Shown here piece by piece: positions 13,563 through 26,700 of a stretch of DNA of 64,000 bases. A model generated the notes under the pieces. That model was not told where the DNA came from. It made no database searches and saw nothing but the letters and a program-made list of their open reading frames with translations. Every line of letters starts with the position of its first letter. The first letter of the stretch is position 1. A program made the position numbers and the translations under genes. Source of the DNA: Balanoglossus misakiensis (Eukaryota > Animalia > Hemichordata); the NCBI GenBank assembly GCA_040954595.2, contig CM082577.2, positions 7,713,846 to 7,777,845 of the forward strand, read 5' to 3'.

Positions 13563-14639
13563 CTATGTGTGCGTCGTGGCGACTGTGTTGACGTTGGCAT
13601 TGAACTTGGCCCGGGGTTCGTTGCCACCCGAGTTTAACTTGGTCTCCTGCTCCACGTCGACGTCCGCCAGTCGCTTGCACGTGATCACTTTGGCGAAACA
13701 CTTGCGGAAGTTGTCGCTCATGAAGGAGTAGATGAACGGGTTGATGCTGCTGTTGAAGTAGCTCAGACAGATGGTGAAGTAGTAGCCGATGAGAAAGCCT
13801 CGGCTCGGCATCCAGTCCTCCGACGTCGTCAGGGTGTACAACTGCACCCCGTAGAACGGCGTCCAGCACACGACGAACACGAAGATCACGGTGAGGACCA
13901 TTCGCGCCACCTTCTTGGTCGGCTTCTTGGTGTTGGACTCCCCCAGGGCTGCCACCCCCGTGTACAGACGCTTTATCATCAGCATGTAGCAGACGGTTAT
14001 GATGAACACCGGCAACACCACTCCAAACATGAACATGTATATGTAGAAGAGTTTCTGGAAGTTCTTGTACGGCCAGGTCAGCGTGCAGATCGTCGTGTTC
14101 GCCTCCGGATAGAAGATAGTCCTGGTGTACAACCACAGCGGCATCACCGTGACGCACGACAGAACCCAACACGAGATGTTGACGGCGGCGGCGATTCTCT
14201 TGGTGCGAATCTTGATGCTTCGGATGGGGTGCACTATGGCGAAGTAGCGGTCGACGGCCATGGCGGTCAGGCAGTATATCCCCGTGGTCTGGTTCAGACC
14301 GTCCACCGCCATGACCAGCTTGCACCAGGCGAACCCGAACGGCCAGTACTGCTCCGCGTGCTGGAAAGTGACGAACGGCATGGTGAACATGAAGAAGAGG
14401 TCCGCCGTGGCCAGACTGAGGATGTACATATTGGCCACCGTTTTCATTTTGCTGTTCTTCAAAATGACGTAAATAACCAACAGGTTGCCGACGATGCCCA
14501 GCAGGCAGTTGCAGCCGAAAACGACGGGTATGACTATGTGGGTGTAGTCGCCATTTGAGTCGTCTGGGCGGGAAGAAGAATTGCCTTCTGCCAAAGTTCC
14601 CGCTACAGTGGATAAGTTCTCCGTTGTGTTATCCGCCAT
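13563..14639 (-). CDS. Somatostatin/allatostatin-C-type class A GPCR, intronless CDS, 358 aa
   Basis: ATG at 14639 (MADNTTENL; the ORF track's 14660 start is TTG). Seven hydrophobic segments; GN..VI in TM1; KMKTVANMYILSLATADL; WPFG..CK; VDGLNQ..CLTAMAVDRY..VHP; CWTPFY; SYFNSSINPFIYSFMSDNFRK. TM3 Asp typical of SSTR/opioid-group receptors; N-terminal NxT/NxS glycosylation sites. Confidence 0.93.
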   Translation of the reverse strand: MADNTTENLSTVAGTLAEGNSSSRPDDSNGDYTHIVIPVVFGCNCLLGIVGNLLVIYVILKNSKMKTVANMYILSLATADLFFMFTMPFVTFQHAEQYWPFGFAWCKLVMAVDGLNQTTGIYCLTAMAVDRYFAIVHPIRSIKIRTKRIAAAVNISCWVLSCVTVMPLWLYTRTIFYPEANTTICTLTWPYKNFQKLFYIYMFMFGVVLPVFIITVCYMLMIKRLYTGVAALGESNTKKPTKKVARMVLTVIFVFVVCWTPFYGVQLYTLTTSEDWMPSRGFLIGYYFTICLSYFNSSINPFIYSFMSDNFRKCFAKVITCKRLADVDVEQETKLNSGGNEPRAKFNANVNTVATTHT

Positions 14640-17600
14640 TTTTTTATCCTGTCGTTTCAAAATACAAAATCGTTTTTGAAACTGTCAGTTCGCCTGTTAC
14701 ATCAGTTGCAAACAACAATCAAGACTATTGAAACGGCCGATAGATTCCATGTTGTTGAAAACGCTCTCGCTGTGTAGCTGTCTGGTCCAATTTATATCTG
14801 AAATATAAAGCAAGTAATTGTTTATTAAAATATGCACTGAAACGTATTTCGAACACAAAGGATAACGAGAAGCGTCTGTAGATCTCACATTCTTTCAATC
14901 TCAATCGCATATTCATCGCAACAGAGTCGATGCTCAGGCGAACAATTCAGTTCCTGAGTTAAATGATGTCTGGGAGCGTCAGCGAAATTGATGTTATTCA
15001 AGCAGATTTATCGCGTGGTTTTTTCTGAAGCACTTTAAATGAAAGACTTGAACACCTTCCTCGATTAATAGTATCGCTTCAATTAACTCATACATTATTT
15101 TCGGTTGATTAATTACAAAAAGAAACTGAGGTTTCGTTTGCGAACGTGTCCTATCCAAAACGCGGCAGATTGTAAGCGTTAGCGTGGAATAATGAAAATT
15201 CCCAGAATTCGCGAACATGACCGAGACGATGGATAGAGTGTAAACTCGGTACAGGTTAAGTCAATCCACCCAAAGGTATTTGCTTAACGCTTCGTCGACA
15301 AAAGTCTAGACAAACTCGATACGATCCACACACTTCGTTCTAGAAAGCCGCAGTCATATCTTGTTCTCTGTTCCATGCATCTATAGAGTGAGATACAGGT
15401 CTGACTCAGTTTGCGCGATACCCGATGTGAATCAAGAATGATGGCCACGGTTCTCATAGGGCTATCTTCAACAAGACGTGATAAATTCCACGTCACAGAA
15501 TCACTTGAATTGAAAATGGCCTTTTCTTCTGGCACTCTTCTTATCATCTTATTTAAGTAGACGAATTCTGAAGCACATTCTTGGAATGAAGTGGTAGTCA
15601 AGTGCTTGTTGCTAGGAGCAACTTGATACAAATAATAATTATGTCTCACACACAACATCTATGCTGGAACACCGATACCTTTGAAAGTAAAATTGGAACT
15701 GCGCGGTTAAGTCTTCGTGTTAGAAAAATCCAAATACCACGGTATATTATTACAGTAGCCGTAAAGAAGCACCATGTTGGACTGAGTAATTCTTGTCCTA
15801 TGGCAACACTTAATCAAAAATTAAAATGTAAATTTCTTGCCATATTCATTGCGTATCATAATCAATGTTTTATACAAACGGCGAGCAGTCTAAGGCAGTT
15901 AGTTCACATGTCAACAATATTCCATTATCCCAAAATAGTTTCAACGGTGTTACATGCACCATAATTTGCAGTTAAACCGATTATTTTTTCTCTCGCGAAG
16001 GTCTTTGTCTAGGATTACAAGGTCGCTGATGATACTATACAGGGTGATTGCAAAATAACGTTGCTGGGAATATAAGAATTGCATTGAACTGCGGCCGCGC
16101 TGTGTGGCACAATCTCAGTCATTGGCGGGTGCAATCATACGGCCACTGAGTCAAGTGCTTGCCGTATCGCAGACGGTATCAACGCAGTGTGCTGAATTTC
16201 TCCAATCATTCTTTAACTTTTTTTCAGATCAGAGAAGTGCTCTCCGAGGCAACTGGAGATACATGTGCACCGTTCATCCCGGCGGTAAAACTCGACTCAA
16301 GATGTCTTGTTCAATTTGCTTTCGGATCTATTACCTTGTAGAAAGCGAGTTTTCAGGATGGCTGAACTCCCCATCAAGGGTATGTTGTCGCCGACCGGTG
16401 CTGCCCACGCGGTGCTATTACCCGTAGTTCATGCGTACGTGATGTGTGCACAAACAAGGGTCTGCGCGCGAATCCGGGAATGATTGCGCGCCTTTAAGAT
16501 GGAGAGATGCGGTGCCTAATTTAGGTGCACACGCCACAAAACACACAAGGCCCCACCCCATAAAAGATATCTGATACTCCGGAGGAATATTTCGCAATTT
16601 TGCCCTTTAAAACCCATCGTGTCGTTCTTATAATGTAGGCGCAATTACACCTCGTCTCGTCTCATGATTGCGCAGTGCGAGAAGCTTCCTCCATTCTGTT
16701 GAAACCCCCGCGTATACGCATTTGTCGTCGGAGTTTGATTGCAGGTACAAGATTGTCCCATTCACTTGGACCGGAGAAGCTCCATTTTAGATAATCGCCC
16801 CAGTCATTGTAGCATGCCGGCCTCACCCGAAGCACACAATGAGGATGCGAACCGTCATACAGTCACGAGAGAGAGACGCACCATCAATACAGTTGGAACA
16901 ACACAACCATTCGATCAGCTAACCAGTGACAGTTTGGCATTTGGGAGACAAAAAACGCCAGACACAATTACGAGGGGGTGATAGCAAAGATACCAATTTA
17001 CGTCAAATTCAAAGAAATTCGTACGCCGACGCGTACAATACAGAATTTTTTCCTCGGTTGTGTAATGGCGACCTTCGAAAATTGTACAAGACCCAATAGG
17101 CTAAGTCCTACAGCGGGATGAGTTAAAATACATACGAACATAGTATTGTCAAGTATAAGACAAAATACGCTATAAAAAATACATGTAAGAAAAATTGTAT
17201 GTGCACAATATACTCTACAACGGACTGTAATGATATATTTTGTACGTCGACAACAATCTTCAAAGCTCGTCGACAACAATGTTTCACGATCAACTTAAAG
17301 ATTGCATAGCTGGATCATTAGAGAAACCAATCACATTGTTAAGTGACAAAAATCAAAATACCCCCCCCCCCTCCCACCAGGTGTCCATCCAACACGCAAT
17401 ATTCAAGTTACAATCCCTGAAAATATTATTTAAAAAAAACATACTGATTTGTTTGGGATATTGGTAAAATTACGTCAGCAGCTCCGTCGGGGTTCTTAAG
17501 AAGTTTGCGGATTATAAGGGTATGACATATGAATAAGAAGATTGGTTTTCGAGAATCACACGCGGCTAAGAATTGCAACTTTAATCAAGTAAATGTCCGG

Positions 17601-19926
17601 CTTGTTACTTTAATATCAGTTCGAAATAGACAACACGGGTGACCTCCCCAACACAGCACTAACATTTCCCATGCTTATCCGCCCACGGAGTCTCTTATTA
17701 AATGTTGCGATCTTTGAGACGAGATCCTATACTGCTGTCTTTGTCCCTTTTACTGATTTCCCCAGCTGTGAACATCTGCCGTTGATTTGCATTATCTATC
17801 TATCGCTTATCCCTTACACCCGAACGAGTGCCTTCGCCGTGATTATTTCTTGTTGAATCTTGCATTAGGTTAAAACTGTAATCCCTTCTAACTATAGTGT
17901 TCATCCTTCCAGGGAATCCCCGCAGTTGTCTCCAGACAGTAAAGTACGCGGAGCTTGTAAACACAGAACGGATCGAATCATGCGTCGATTAATTATGATT
18001 ACATACACTGCCAGGAAAAGTTTGCTCCTGTAAGCGGCTTCTCCCGCGGGAGATGATTTCGCTTAAAATTCGACTTTGTAAATACGATTGATATATTGTT
18101 TTATTTGCGCGTTGCTTTGACTTGATGACGTGCATTTCAATAAACTAATTTAAAGGCAAATTGTATATATTTCGGTTGTCACATGACGACGTGCTTGAGC
18201 CGTCGATAGCTATATGCATTGATGGCAGACAGGAATTGCCATTTGCACTGTACGCATCTCTCTCACGTGCTCGGGTTGAAAACAGTGTTTTTTTGGAACG
18301 TGTCCAACCGTCGTAAACATTCTCGTATGAATGTCGTTTTCTTTAAGTTTTGACGAGCTATAGTTCGAGCGCATGCCTGAGATTTGCTTTTCGGCTGGAT
18401 AGCAGTTTGCGACCAGTCAGAAATATTTTCATACAACGTATGGAACGCACGAGTATACGTTGCCAGACAAGTGGGCGCCTGTCGGTACAGGTGGTGCTTT
18501 GAGCTAACTCCCTTGATTTCAAACATTCGCAATAGAGGCAATCGAATTCATAGGCCCGCCAACCGTCTGCTTTGCGACGACAAATACGAATGTACTTTAA
18601 CCAGCAATGAATAAAAACGGCCAATATAGGAATAGGTGATTCATGTTGAACTGTTGAGTGTGTGGACAGGATATCTCCCGCAGGATACCCAATAAAGCAA
18701 CATCTATAGTTTTGTATATCGAAACCGCGCCTGCCAGTTTCTCAGTTTACGAAGCCGCTGATGGAAAAAAGGGGACAACCAGGTCTGCTGTACTTTATAC
18801 AAGAGCATGTTATGAAATGCACTGTGTTCATATAGCGAAGTGGGCATTGTGAATTTGCCATTGAAGAATGCCAGAGATGCGGTCCTGATAACAATACAGT
18901 TGGTTCTCTGATACTATAGGTGATAAAGGCAAAACAGTTTGTCTGGACAATGCTTGCATTCAGCCATTTCCATCGCCGTATGGCGTTCCGTTTCGGCGAA
19001 ATTAATTACAATCGCCGACTTTATCTGAGAAGTGACCCTGAAAGTGAAATACATGTATACTTTTATATGAACACCTGGCCATGTATATTGTATACCGTTT
19101 GCGGATTTATTATTCGGACAGCGAGCATTAACAATTCAGAATATGATAAGGGTTTATTGCATTGTGGACGATATTAAAGTGGCCTTCCAGTTTTGCATAA
19201 TATCTTAAACTTGTTGTTAAGGTTTCCATGGCCGCGTATTGTGCAAAATATTGGGCGAGGTTTTACCAGTAAATTACGTTGGCCCAGCGAAATTCACATT
19301 GCGAATAAGGAAGGCGTATACGTAGATTACGCGCCACTCCGCGTGCGCGTATACTGTGAGGTGTGCGCATTTCACCGCTTTTAAAATGGAGACATTGTGG
19401 TTTATATTGGTTCATGTACGAAGACTTCTGAGTGTAAGACACAGCTAAAACAACATATCAGTATATCGGCTTGATCCACATGACCCCGAGGCTCGTAAGA
19501 TGAAGAGAAAGGAATACATATTAAATTCGAATGGAAAATAAGGCCAATGATATCACTGTACAAGAAATGAAAGACTTCTCAGTAATTCGATGAAAATAAT
19601 CCTCGCGGAAAAGGTCATGGGCGCACAATCTTTCTGAAGAGGCAAAGAGTTGTGCTTAAAAAGGACAACTGAACTTAATATTTCACTGAAATTGGGAAGG
19701 CCGCCAGGTATGGAGTTGATAATAACATATCGGCGCCGAAATAGGCTTAGAGACGAAATTGCTTTGTAATTTGAAATTGAACTTGAGTCAGTTATTGCAA
19801 TTTTCTATTAAGATTCAAGGTCAACTTGGAATAATTCCGCAAATTTGTTTTCCAAAGAAAGACATTTATGATCAAACACCTGGTCATACACAAAATATTT
19901 TGATTGACAAAATGGCAACGTGTACG

Positions 19927-19943
19927 TCTCTTTCTCTCTCCCC

Positions 19944-20014
<71 letters not shown>

Positions 20015-20078
20015 TCTCTCTCTCTCCCCCTCTCTCTCTCTCTCTCTCTCGCTCTCTCGCTCGCTTCTTTCTCTCTCT
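19927..20078. repeat. (CT)n / (GA)n microsatellite
   Basis: Long imperfect CT run; source of the ERER and LSLS ORFs. Confidence 0.95.
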
Positions 20079-21378
20079 GAAAAGATGCATGTATAACGTA
20101 ATCCCAAAATATCGTGGGTATCATTATGTGGTCGCCTGCTTTGAAAATATCTACAATGGCATTTAACATTGTGCCATAGCCCGACTAAACACTCGCCTGT
20201 TCGCCGTTGAGAATAAGTCCATCTACAGCGAGAGATGAACGACGAGCTGCAATTCCTCCTAGGTTCCACTTCAATTTAAAAGGCGTTTTCGCACGTTCCC
20301 ACTAACCGTGTCTAATAGATGTTGTCATTTGGAAAGCTTAGCCAAACCTGAATCGGTGTGTTCATTGAGGTCGGTGTCGGATTCGTCTTTTATAGAAAAA
20401 AAACTCCACGTCTCTCATTTTCTGAGAAAGAGACGTACCCACTTATGCTTGATTTGCATACGGAGTCCGGTCGACCGCAGACAAACGTAAGGGCATTTAC
20501 ACGAGAGTACACGCATGACGTACCTTTATATCACGGCGCCTACATTTGTATATTGGTAGTGTCGATCTTAACATATTCACGGCAAATTTGTACACCACTT
20601 TTAACTCCTTGGCTTTCGCGTCCCATTTTTGCAGGGTCTAATTGTTTCGTAATGGGTACTGGAACTGTACATTGAACAAGCGCATTTAATTTAACCTCGA
20701 AGAACCATCGCTTTTTATTGTTTTGGGGGATTTCATCTAGATATTATACGCGCATTTATCTGCAAACTCGACATTTACTTAACACTGGACCAGACCGGCT
20801 GTCGACGTTCACCGCCGTGGTTTTCATATTGTTTGTACCTTTAAATTACATTTAAGTTGAATTTCGTCGGTTATATTTCAGTCGTATTGACTCGACTTGA
20901 AAACGTACTGCTTCGGGAAACGAGGATGTGCACTTGTATTCCCTTCTCAACAATGGATATCAAGCGCATCTTTGTGTTTGTCTGATAACGACCCTTATTG
21001 GCTCAATTTCGATCATGTGTACTGCATTCACGTGTAAGAGAAACTGCTGGGTTCAAAAGAGAACCAACGAACAACAAAACGTGGATATTCTGCAGTCGAA
21101 ACACTGCGGATAATAGACCTCGCCTCTTCTTCTCTCTGAACGTGCGGCCTTAGTGGCAATTTCCATGTCTTGTGTTATATTATAAAAACAAATCAACCTT
21201 TTTTTCAAAAATGTGCAAAGTGCATACAAACTCTTCAGTATCTATTAACGGCCACTTTCTTCTTTTCCATATTTCTCCAATATTTAAGGACATTCGAGCC
21301 ACTGGCTTGGAAGATGTTTACACGTACGTTCAATTGATAATTGTAGCTGTTGGATATAGTATATTCCCCCGCCATTAA

Positions 21379-21710
21379 GGTAGTACGCGCCCCGGGGACA
21401 CATTTTCAAGAAGAAAAAACCTCCCAATTTTTTGATATATATTAAAGTGTGTGAGGAAACAAAGAAGAAAATAGGGTGTTCACCGTCTTGTTTTCATAAA
21501 AATCTCTACTATATATTTTCTCCATAGAGTTAACACAGGGATTGGCGGCCGTTTTGAATTTCAAATTTGAGACAATTTCTCTCTCTCATTCAAAATTGTG
21601 CACGGTGACCCCAAATGTTTATTTTCATCTTTAAAAGAGAATAATCTTAAGTTGCCTTTAGCAAAATACGAGAAAAGGTATAATAATTTGATTTTAGAGG
21701 CGCATACTAC
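21379..21710. mobile_element. Degenerate non-autonomous DNA transposon (Kolobok-like MITE)
   Basis: TTAA|GGTAGTACGCGCC at the left and the imperfect inverted copy GGCGCATACTAC at the right; the right-hand TTAA is missing. Confidence 0.45.
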
Positions 21711-22260
21711 AGAATCAAATACACACTTTGTTCGCGTGTAAGTCGATGGTTGATGAAAGTGGTAGTATCGTGCCTTGGCGAGGTAATTGACGACAAACGT
21801 CATGACGTCATAACCAGCCGCTGTCAACAGCTCACACGCCACCCGAACATATACAGGGCGAAAGGCAATGCTGTGGAAACCTCGACGGTTTCACTGACTC
21901 CCGTCTGTTTCGGCTACGCTCAGAGCTGGAGATTCCATTACTGCATTCATGAGATAGTGCTAATAGATACGCCGGGCTAATCGATGCCACTCGACCAAGG
22001 TTCGCGATGTGGCAATCTGGCAGATGGCTATCTGGTTCACGAAATTTTCACTTTCATCAAGTTGCAGACGCTCAGTGTACTTTCCAAATGCCTTTATTGA
22101 AATCGAAGCGAAGCGAACAAATTGGCAGTGACAGAAGAGATGTTATCAAGTCGCGGCCAGAGATGGGCTTATTGGAAATCATTGTTACATCGTGATAAGG
22201 ATTAAATGTATACGAAACCAACATAGTGAAAGACGAAACATTCACGAGCGCGAGCGAACT

Positions 22261-22523
22261 TACACATACACACATACACACATACACACATACATACATA
22301 CATACATACATACATACATACATACATACATACATACATACATACATACATACATACATACATACATACATACATACATACATACATACATACATACATA
22401 CATACATACATACATACATACATACATACATACATACATACATACATACATACATACATACATACATACATACATACATACATACATACATACATACATA
22501 CATACATACATACATACATACAT
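22261..22523. repeat. (TACA)n tetranucleotide microsatellite
   Basis: About 60 units; source of the MYVC and HTYI ORFs. Confidence 0.98.
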
Positions 22524-22669
22524 AAATTGTAAATTTTCTCAGTTAAAATTATTGTTGTTTCGGACAGACAGAAAGCGAGTTAGCATAGCTCTTCCGTTTA
22601 ATCTAGATGAGAAAGTAACTCGAGCTTCTTGCCTTTTTCAGATCGACAACTATTCTCAGAATCCTTAGA

Positions 22670-22900
22670 GACATGTCGGCGTGAATACCTGGCACCCTAT
22701 AGTCATCTTATTTCTTTTTCAGTCACTTTAATGGCTATTCCAATTTAGGCGGATTTTATAGAACTCTCGGGTAAGAAAAGTAACGATTCCTTCGTTAAAT
22801 CATTCCCAAATCCTGATTTACCGAGAACACCACCCGTCCATTAGGGTTGCACTTAGCACATATTGGTTCATCGTGTCAAAAGGCTCGGTGAAAATATAAG
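22670..22900 (-). mobile_element. Possible highly decayed non-LTR retrotransposon RT fragment (CR1/L2-like)
   Basis: Minus-strand translation FTEPFDTMNQYVLSATL...GIVTFLTREFYKIRLN..SD* loosely resembles the RT segments DFSKAFDTVNH..LL and SFLTxRxQxVRLN..SDW; several stops. Confidence 0.3.
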
Positions 22901-23589
22901 TAACCTGACTTGGAGACGGTGTAGCATAACAGCCTGGCCGTCTCTTGGGTTCGTGATTTCGAAAAAAAGACCTACAGTGGATCGAGGGATAAGCAGCACA
23001 TCAAACTAGGATTACTCCCGGTATTAATATGTTGCAGTCTGCGTCCTCCTTAGGACTTCCCCAGTGATTCTATCGTAACAAAACAAAACAATGTATTTTT
23101 CTCCAAGAGCTTTCAGTTTGCAAGAGTTTTCTCCTTTTCACGACACGCGTATGATGTCCTCCTGCAGCGGAATAGGCTTGTTAGAAGATTAGGGCTATCA
23201 TGTACCACGAAAGAAGCTGCGCGTATACGTCAGTTGTATTTTGACAAGGTCAGATATTTAAGAATACGTTTCGGCATCAACGCTTGTCTAAATACTTGAT
23301 TCCATTATTGCGAGCTATATGATTACTGACCGTGGGTTCCATTGATATAATCATATCAGATTTAATGATGCGATTCCCAGCTTTTAACCTTGAGTTTCTC
23401 CTTTTCCCATAGGCCTATATTTCGAAAATCTCTTCAATCGAATAATTTTGGATTTTTTACGTGAAGAAATAACGTATTGAGTTGTACGCGCAGGTGTTTT
23501 GTTTAGTGTAATTTGTCTTATTTACGGAAAATATACGTTTAGAAAGAATTGGAACACGCAAGGGAGAGCTATCATCAGTCTAGTACGAG

Positions 23590-23665
23590 AGACAGACAGA
23601 CGGTCAGATAGACAAACAGACAGGTAGGGAGGCAGGCAGACGGACAGACAGACAGACAGACAGAC

Positions 23666-23744
<79 letters not shown>

Positions 23745-23772
23745 GGCAGGCAGACAGACAGACAGACAAACA
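23590..23772. repeat. (GACA)n microsatellite
   Basis: Long GACA/GGCA run; source of the CLSV ORFs. Confidence 0.95.
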
Positions 23773-26700
23773 GATTTCGACTGACAACTCGTAAATGATG
23801 CACCGTTCCAGACAACAAAACCGCGGAATGCCGCACTTATCAGAAACACCTTACAGGTCTCGCCCGAGTTAATTGGGTTGATAAAGCAGGTGTTGCCAAT
23901 GGTCCGTGTAATGGCACATTCGGCGTGATTTGGTGAGCCGTCAAACCGGGTCAGCGGAGACATAAACCCAAGGTTTCGTGTCTGTGGATGAACGTACATG
24001 TACGTGTTCGGTCGCTCGGCTAGTCCGCAATCGCAAGTTGAGCGCTAAACTATTAGACGCTAGGACACACTTCGATTGCTGTTTGATTGCTGCGACTCAT
24101 GGTTCGGTTTATAATCAGTCTCCGGCCCAACCATATGATATATGACGTCAATCCCCCTTCAATGCAACCGCAAAATACCTAGCCGGTCGAGATCTTTCCC
24201 TGCCAAATGGTGTATTTATTTTTTTTCCTTTTCGGAACAAGACAAAAGTCTGTTAACATTACTTTAATGTCCTGTTGCCTTAATTGTGATATCGCGTTCC
24301 CTTGTGTTATTTTTCTGTGGCAATACAAAGAGGTTATTACAGTCATTGAAATGAACCATTTTAAAGTGATAATCTCATTAAGCATTATTCAACCGCAACA
24401 TGGCTAGTGGAAAATGACGTGAATGTTTCGTTCCCATGAGCTTCTGAATCTTGTATAGAGCACAGGAGTCCGGAAAGCGTACGATTCCATTTTGCTCACC
24501 CGAATAACAAGCGCGAAAGAACTACTAACTGTTCGTCGTATACAATCATTTATCTGTACGGGAAAGAATTCCAAAAATTTCTATTCCAAAGAAAGATTTT
24601 AATGATGAAAAAACGCTTGGTCATACACGAAGTATTTACTCTCTCTCTCTCTCTCTCCCCCCCCCTCTCTCTCTCCCCCTCTCGCTCCATATCTCTCCCC
24701 TCTATCCCTTTTCTCCTAACAATTAACGGCCGACCTAGAATTTATTGGTATGGTCACAATTCTCGAAATCAGTCATCTCCCTCGCCTGCCAAGCACACAG
24801 AACACACTAACAGATTAACCCAAAAGTATACGAAACGTCCTACTGTTTATGTGGATTGACGGAACGGCAACGTGCACAGCTATAAATTGATAAAATTGTT
24901 TCATTGAGTTAATTGTCCCCTTTCTTGTTCAAGCGATTGCAAGAGTGGCTATATGTGTGAATGCGAAGCGTATTCCGATGTAATGTATAGTGAAAGGAGT
25001 AATTGACTGCATTTCTGCAAGGGCTTTTATACACTTGAAAAACTGCGCTGTCGAATTGATAGAGTTTGCGCTGTACGAAAAGCTTTGTGATATAGTGTTC
25101 GCCAACCTGTAACTGTACAGGTATATACGCAGTGCAACACTATATCTAAGAAACATTCTTCAATATATGTTTCGATACCGAAAGTCCAGAGTTACGACAT
25201 TGATAGATAGATAAATGATAAATACATAAATCTTCTTATAAAGCGTGTCACACATCGACAGATTCTGGCCGATGAACATCGAGTCAGGAAATGCAAATAG
25301 ATTTGTCAGAAAGAAACATATATGCGCTAAGCCAACGTGAATGAGATTGAGGTTCACAGTCCATCATGAATTTTCGGCAACAAACCTCAGACTTGCAGAC
25401 CTACCTGTAACTGTTACATCAAAAGTGCTGTATAGGTTGAGACTGCCTCTGCGCTGCGAACACCCCTCTTGCACGGACCACAACTGACTGCGAAACCAAT
25501 CGCGGTACCTCTCAGTGCCTGCTGTGTGAAATGGCAGCATTCAGAACGAGGCTCATGAATAATGAACGGCTACTGGCTGTCGCTAGGCAGCAGGCTGCGA
25601 TCTCTCAGCTCTTAATCTCGTACATGTTGCGAAGTGGCCAGCGCTATACACGAGGAGACGAGACTTGCAAATTTGGCGCAATTGCCCAAATTGGGCCGCA
25701 CGTCGGCTTGAAAGCCTGGGAGGTAAAAACCACATCGCCGGATATATCCTCGCCACTAACATAATGTTTCGCCGTGGTTTCTTTTTTTCCTGCGTTCTTA
25801 TACATAACCGCATTCATCAACTGCGTGAGTTCATTCTTTCCTGCTTAAAGATCATGTAGCTATACTAAGGTGAAGCATGACTTGTTTCGTATATTTCTCA
25901 GGGTATCCAATTCAGCTATGGAGACTGACTTTTTCGTGATTTAAACTTTATTTGGCAAAATGGGAACAAGTTTTAGAACTTGAATAGCTTGCCGTAATAA
26001 AGACAAAAATCGGTTTTCACATTTTGAGATTTGAAATTAAAATAACATATAAAAGCAACCGACCGACCGACAGTTTATCTGGGTTTTCATGTCTCAGACA
26101 CGGATTGTTGGGATTTAGCAGCGGAAACACTGATATGGCAATGCACGTATCAACTGACGGATAATTTGAAATGTATTAACAATCTTTAATATGCAATAAT
26201 GAAGGGTTGAAGGACAACGCTAATGCAATCTGGCTTTCTCGGTTAACAGCCCCACGCTGCAGAGATCACTAAAGAAAGCACCCAGCACCCAGGAATTACT
26301 AACAGTAGCCTCAAGATTGTGGACTAAATAGGGCTAAGAATAGGAGGAAAGAATATGTATTTGGATAAGAGGCGGCCGAGATGGAATCCAGATGGTTATG
26401 ACCGCAATTACGATTATCATTACGATCTGAAACTCAAAATACACGCACAGCGACTGGGGCAAAATATCATATGAATAAAAAGTATAGCTAGGCAATATAT
26501 TAATAAGCTATTAGCTTTTTCTCAGATATTTATCTGTGGTATACATGTACATGTTCACCGGATCAACTACGGTAAAGGTCATTTCTATTTCTGCAGTGCT
26601 TTACCCAGACTTCATGAATATAAATTAATCTCTAATTCACGTTAGGAATAAGTGGCATGAGATAAGGCATTGTTGAATCTAAACGTTATCTAATGTTATC

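Noticed and set aside
13474-14558. 283-aa same-strand alternative-frame ORF and antisense ORFs over the GPCR
   Set aside because: Expected shadows of a GC3-rich CDS; low-complexity His/Arg/Gly composition and no motifs.
19759-23999. ERER, LSLS, MYVC, HTYI and CLSV repeat ORFs
   Set aside because: Microsatellite translations.
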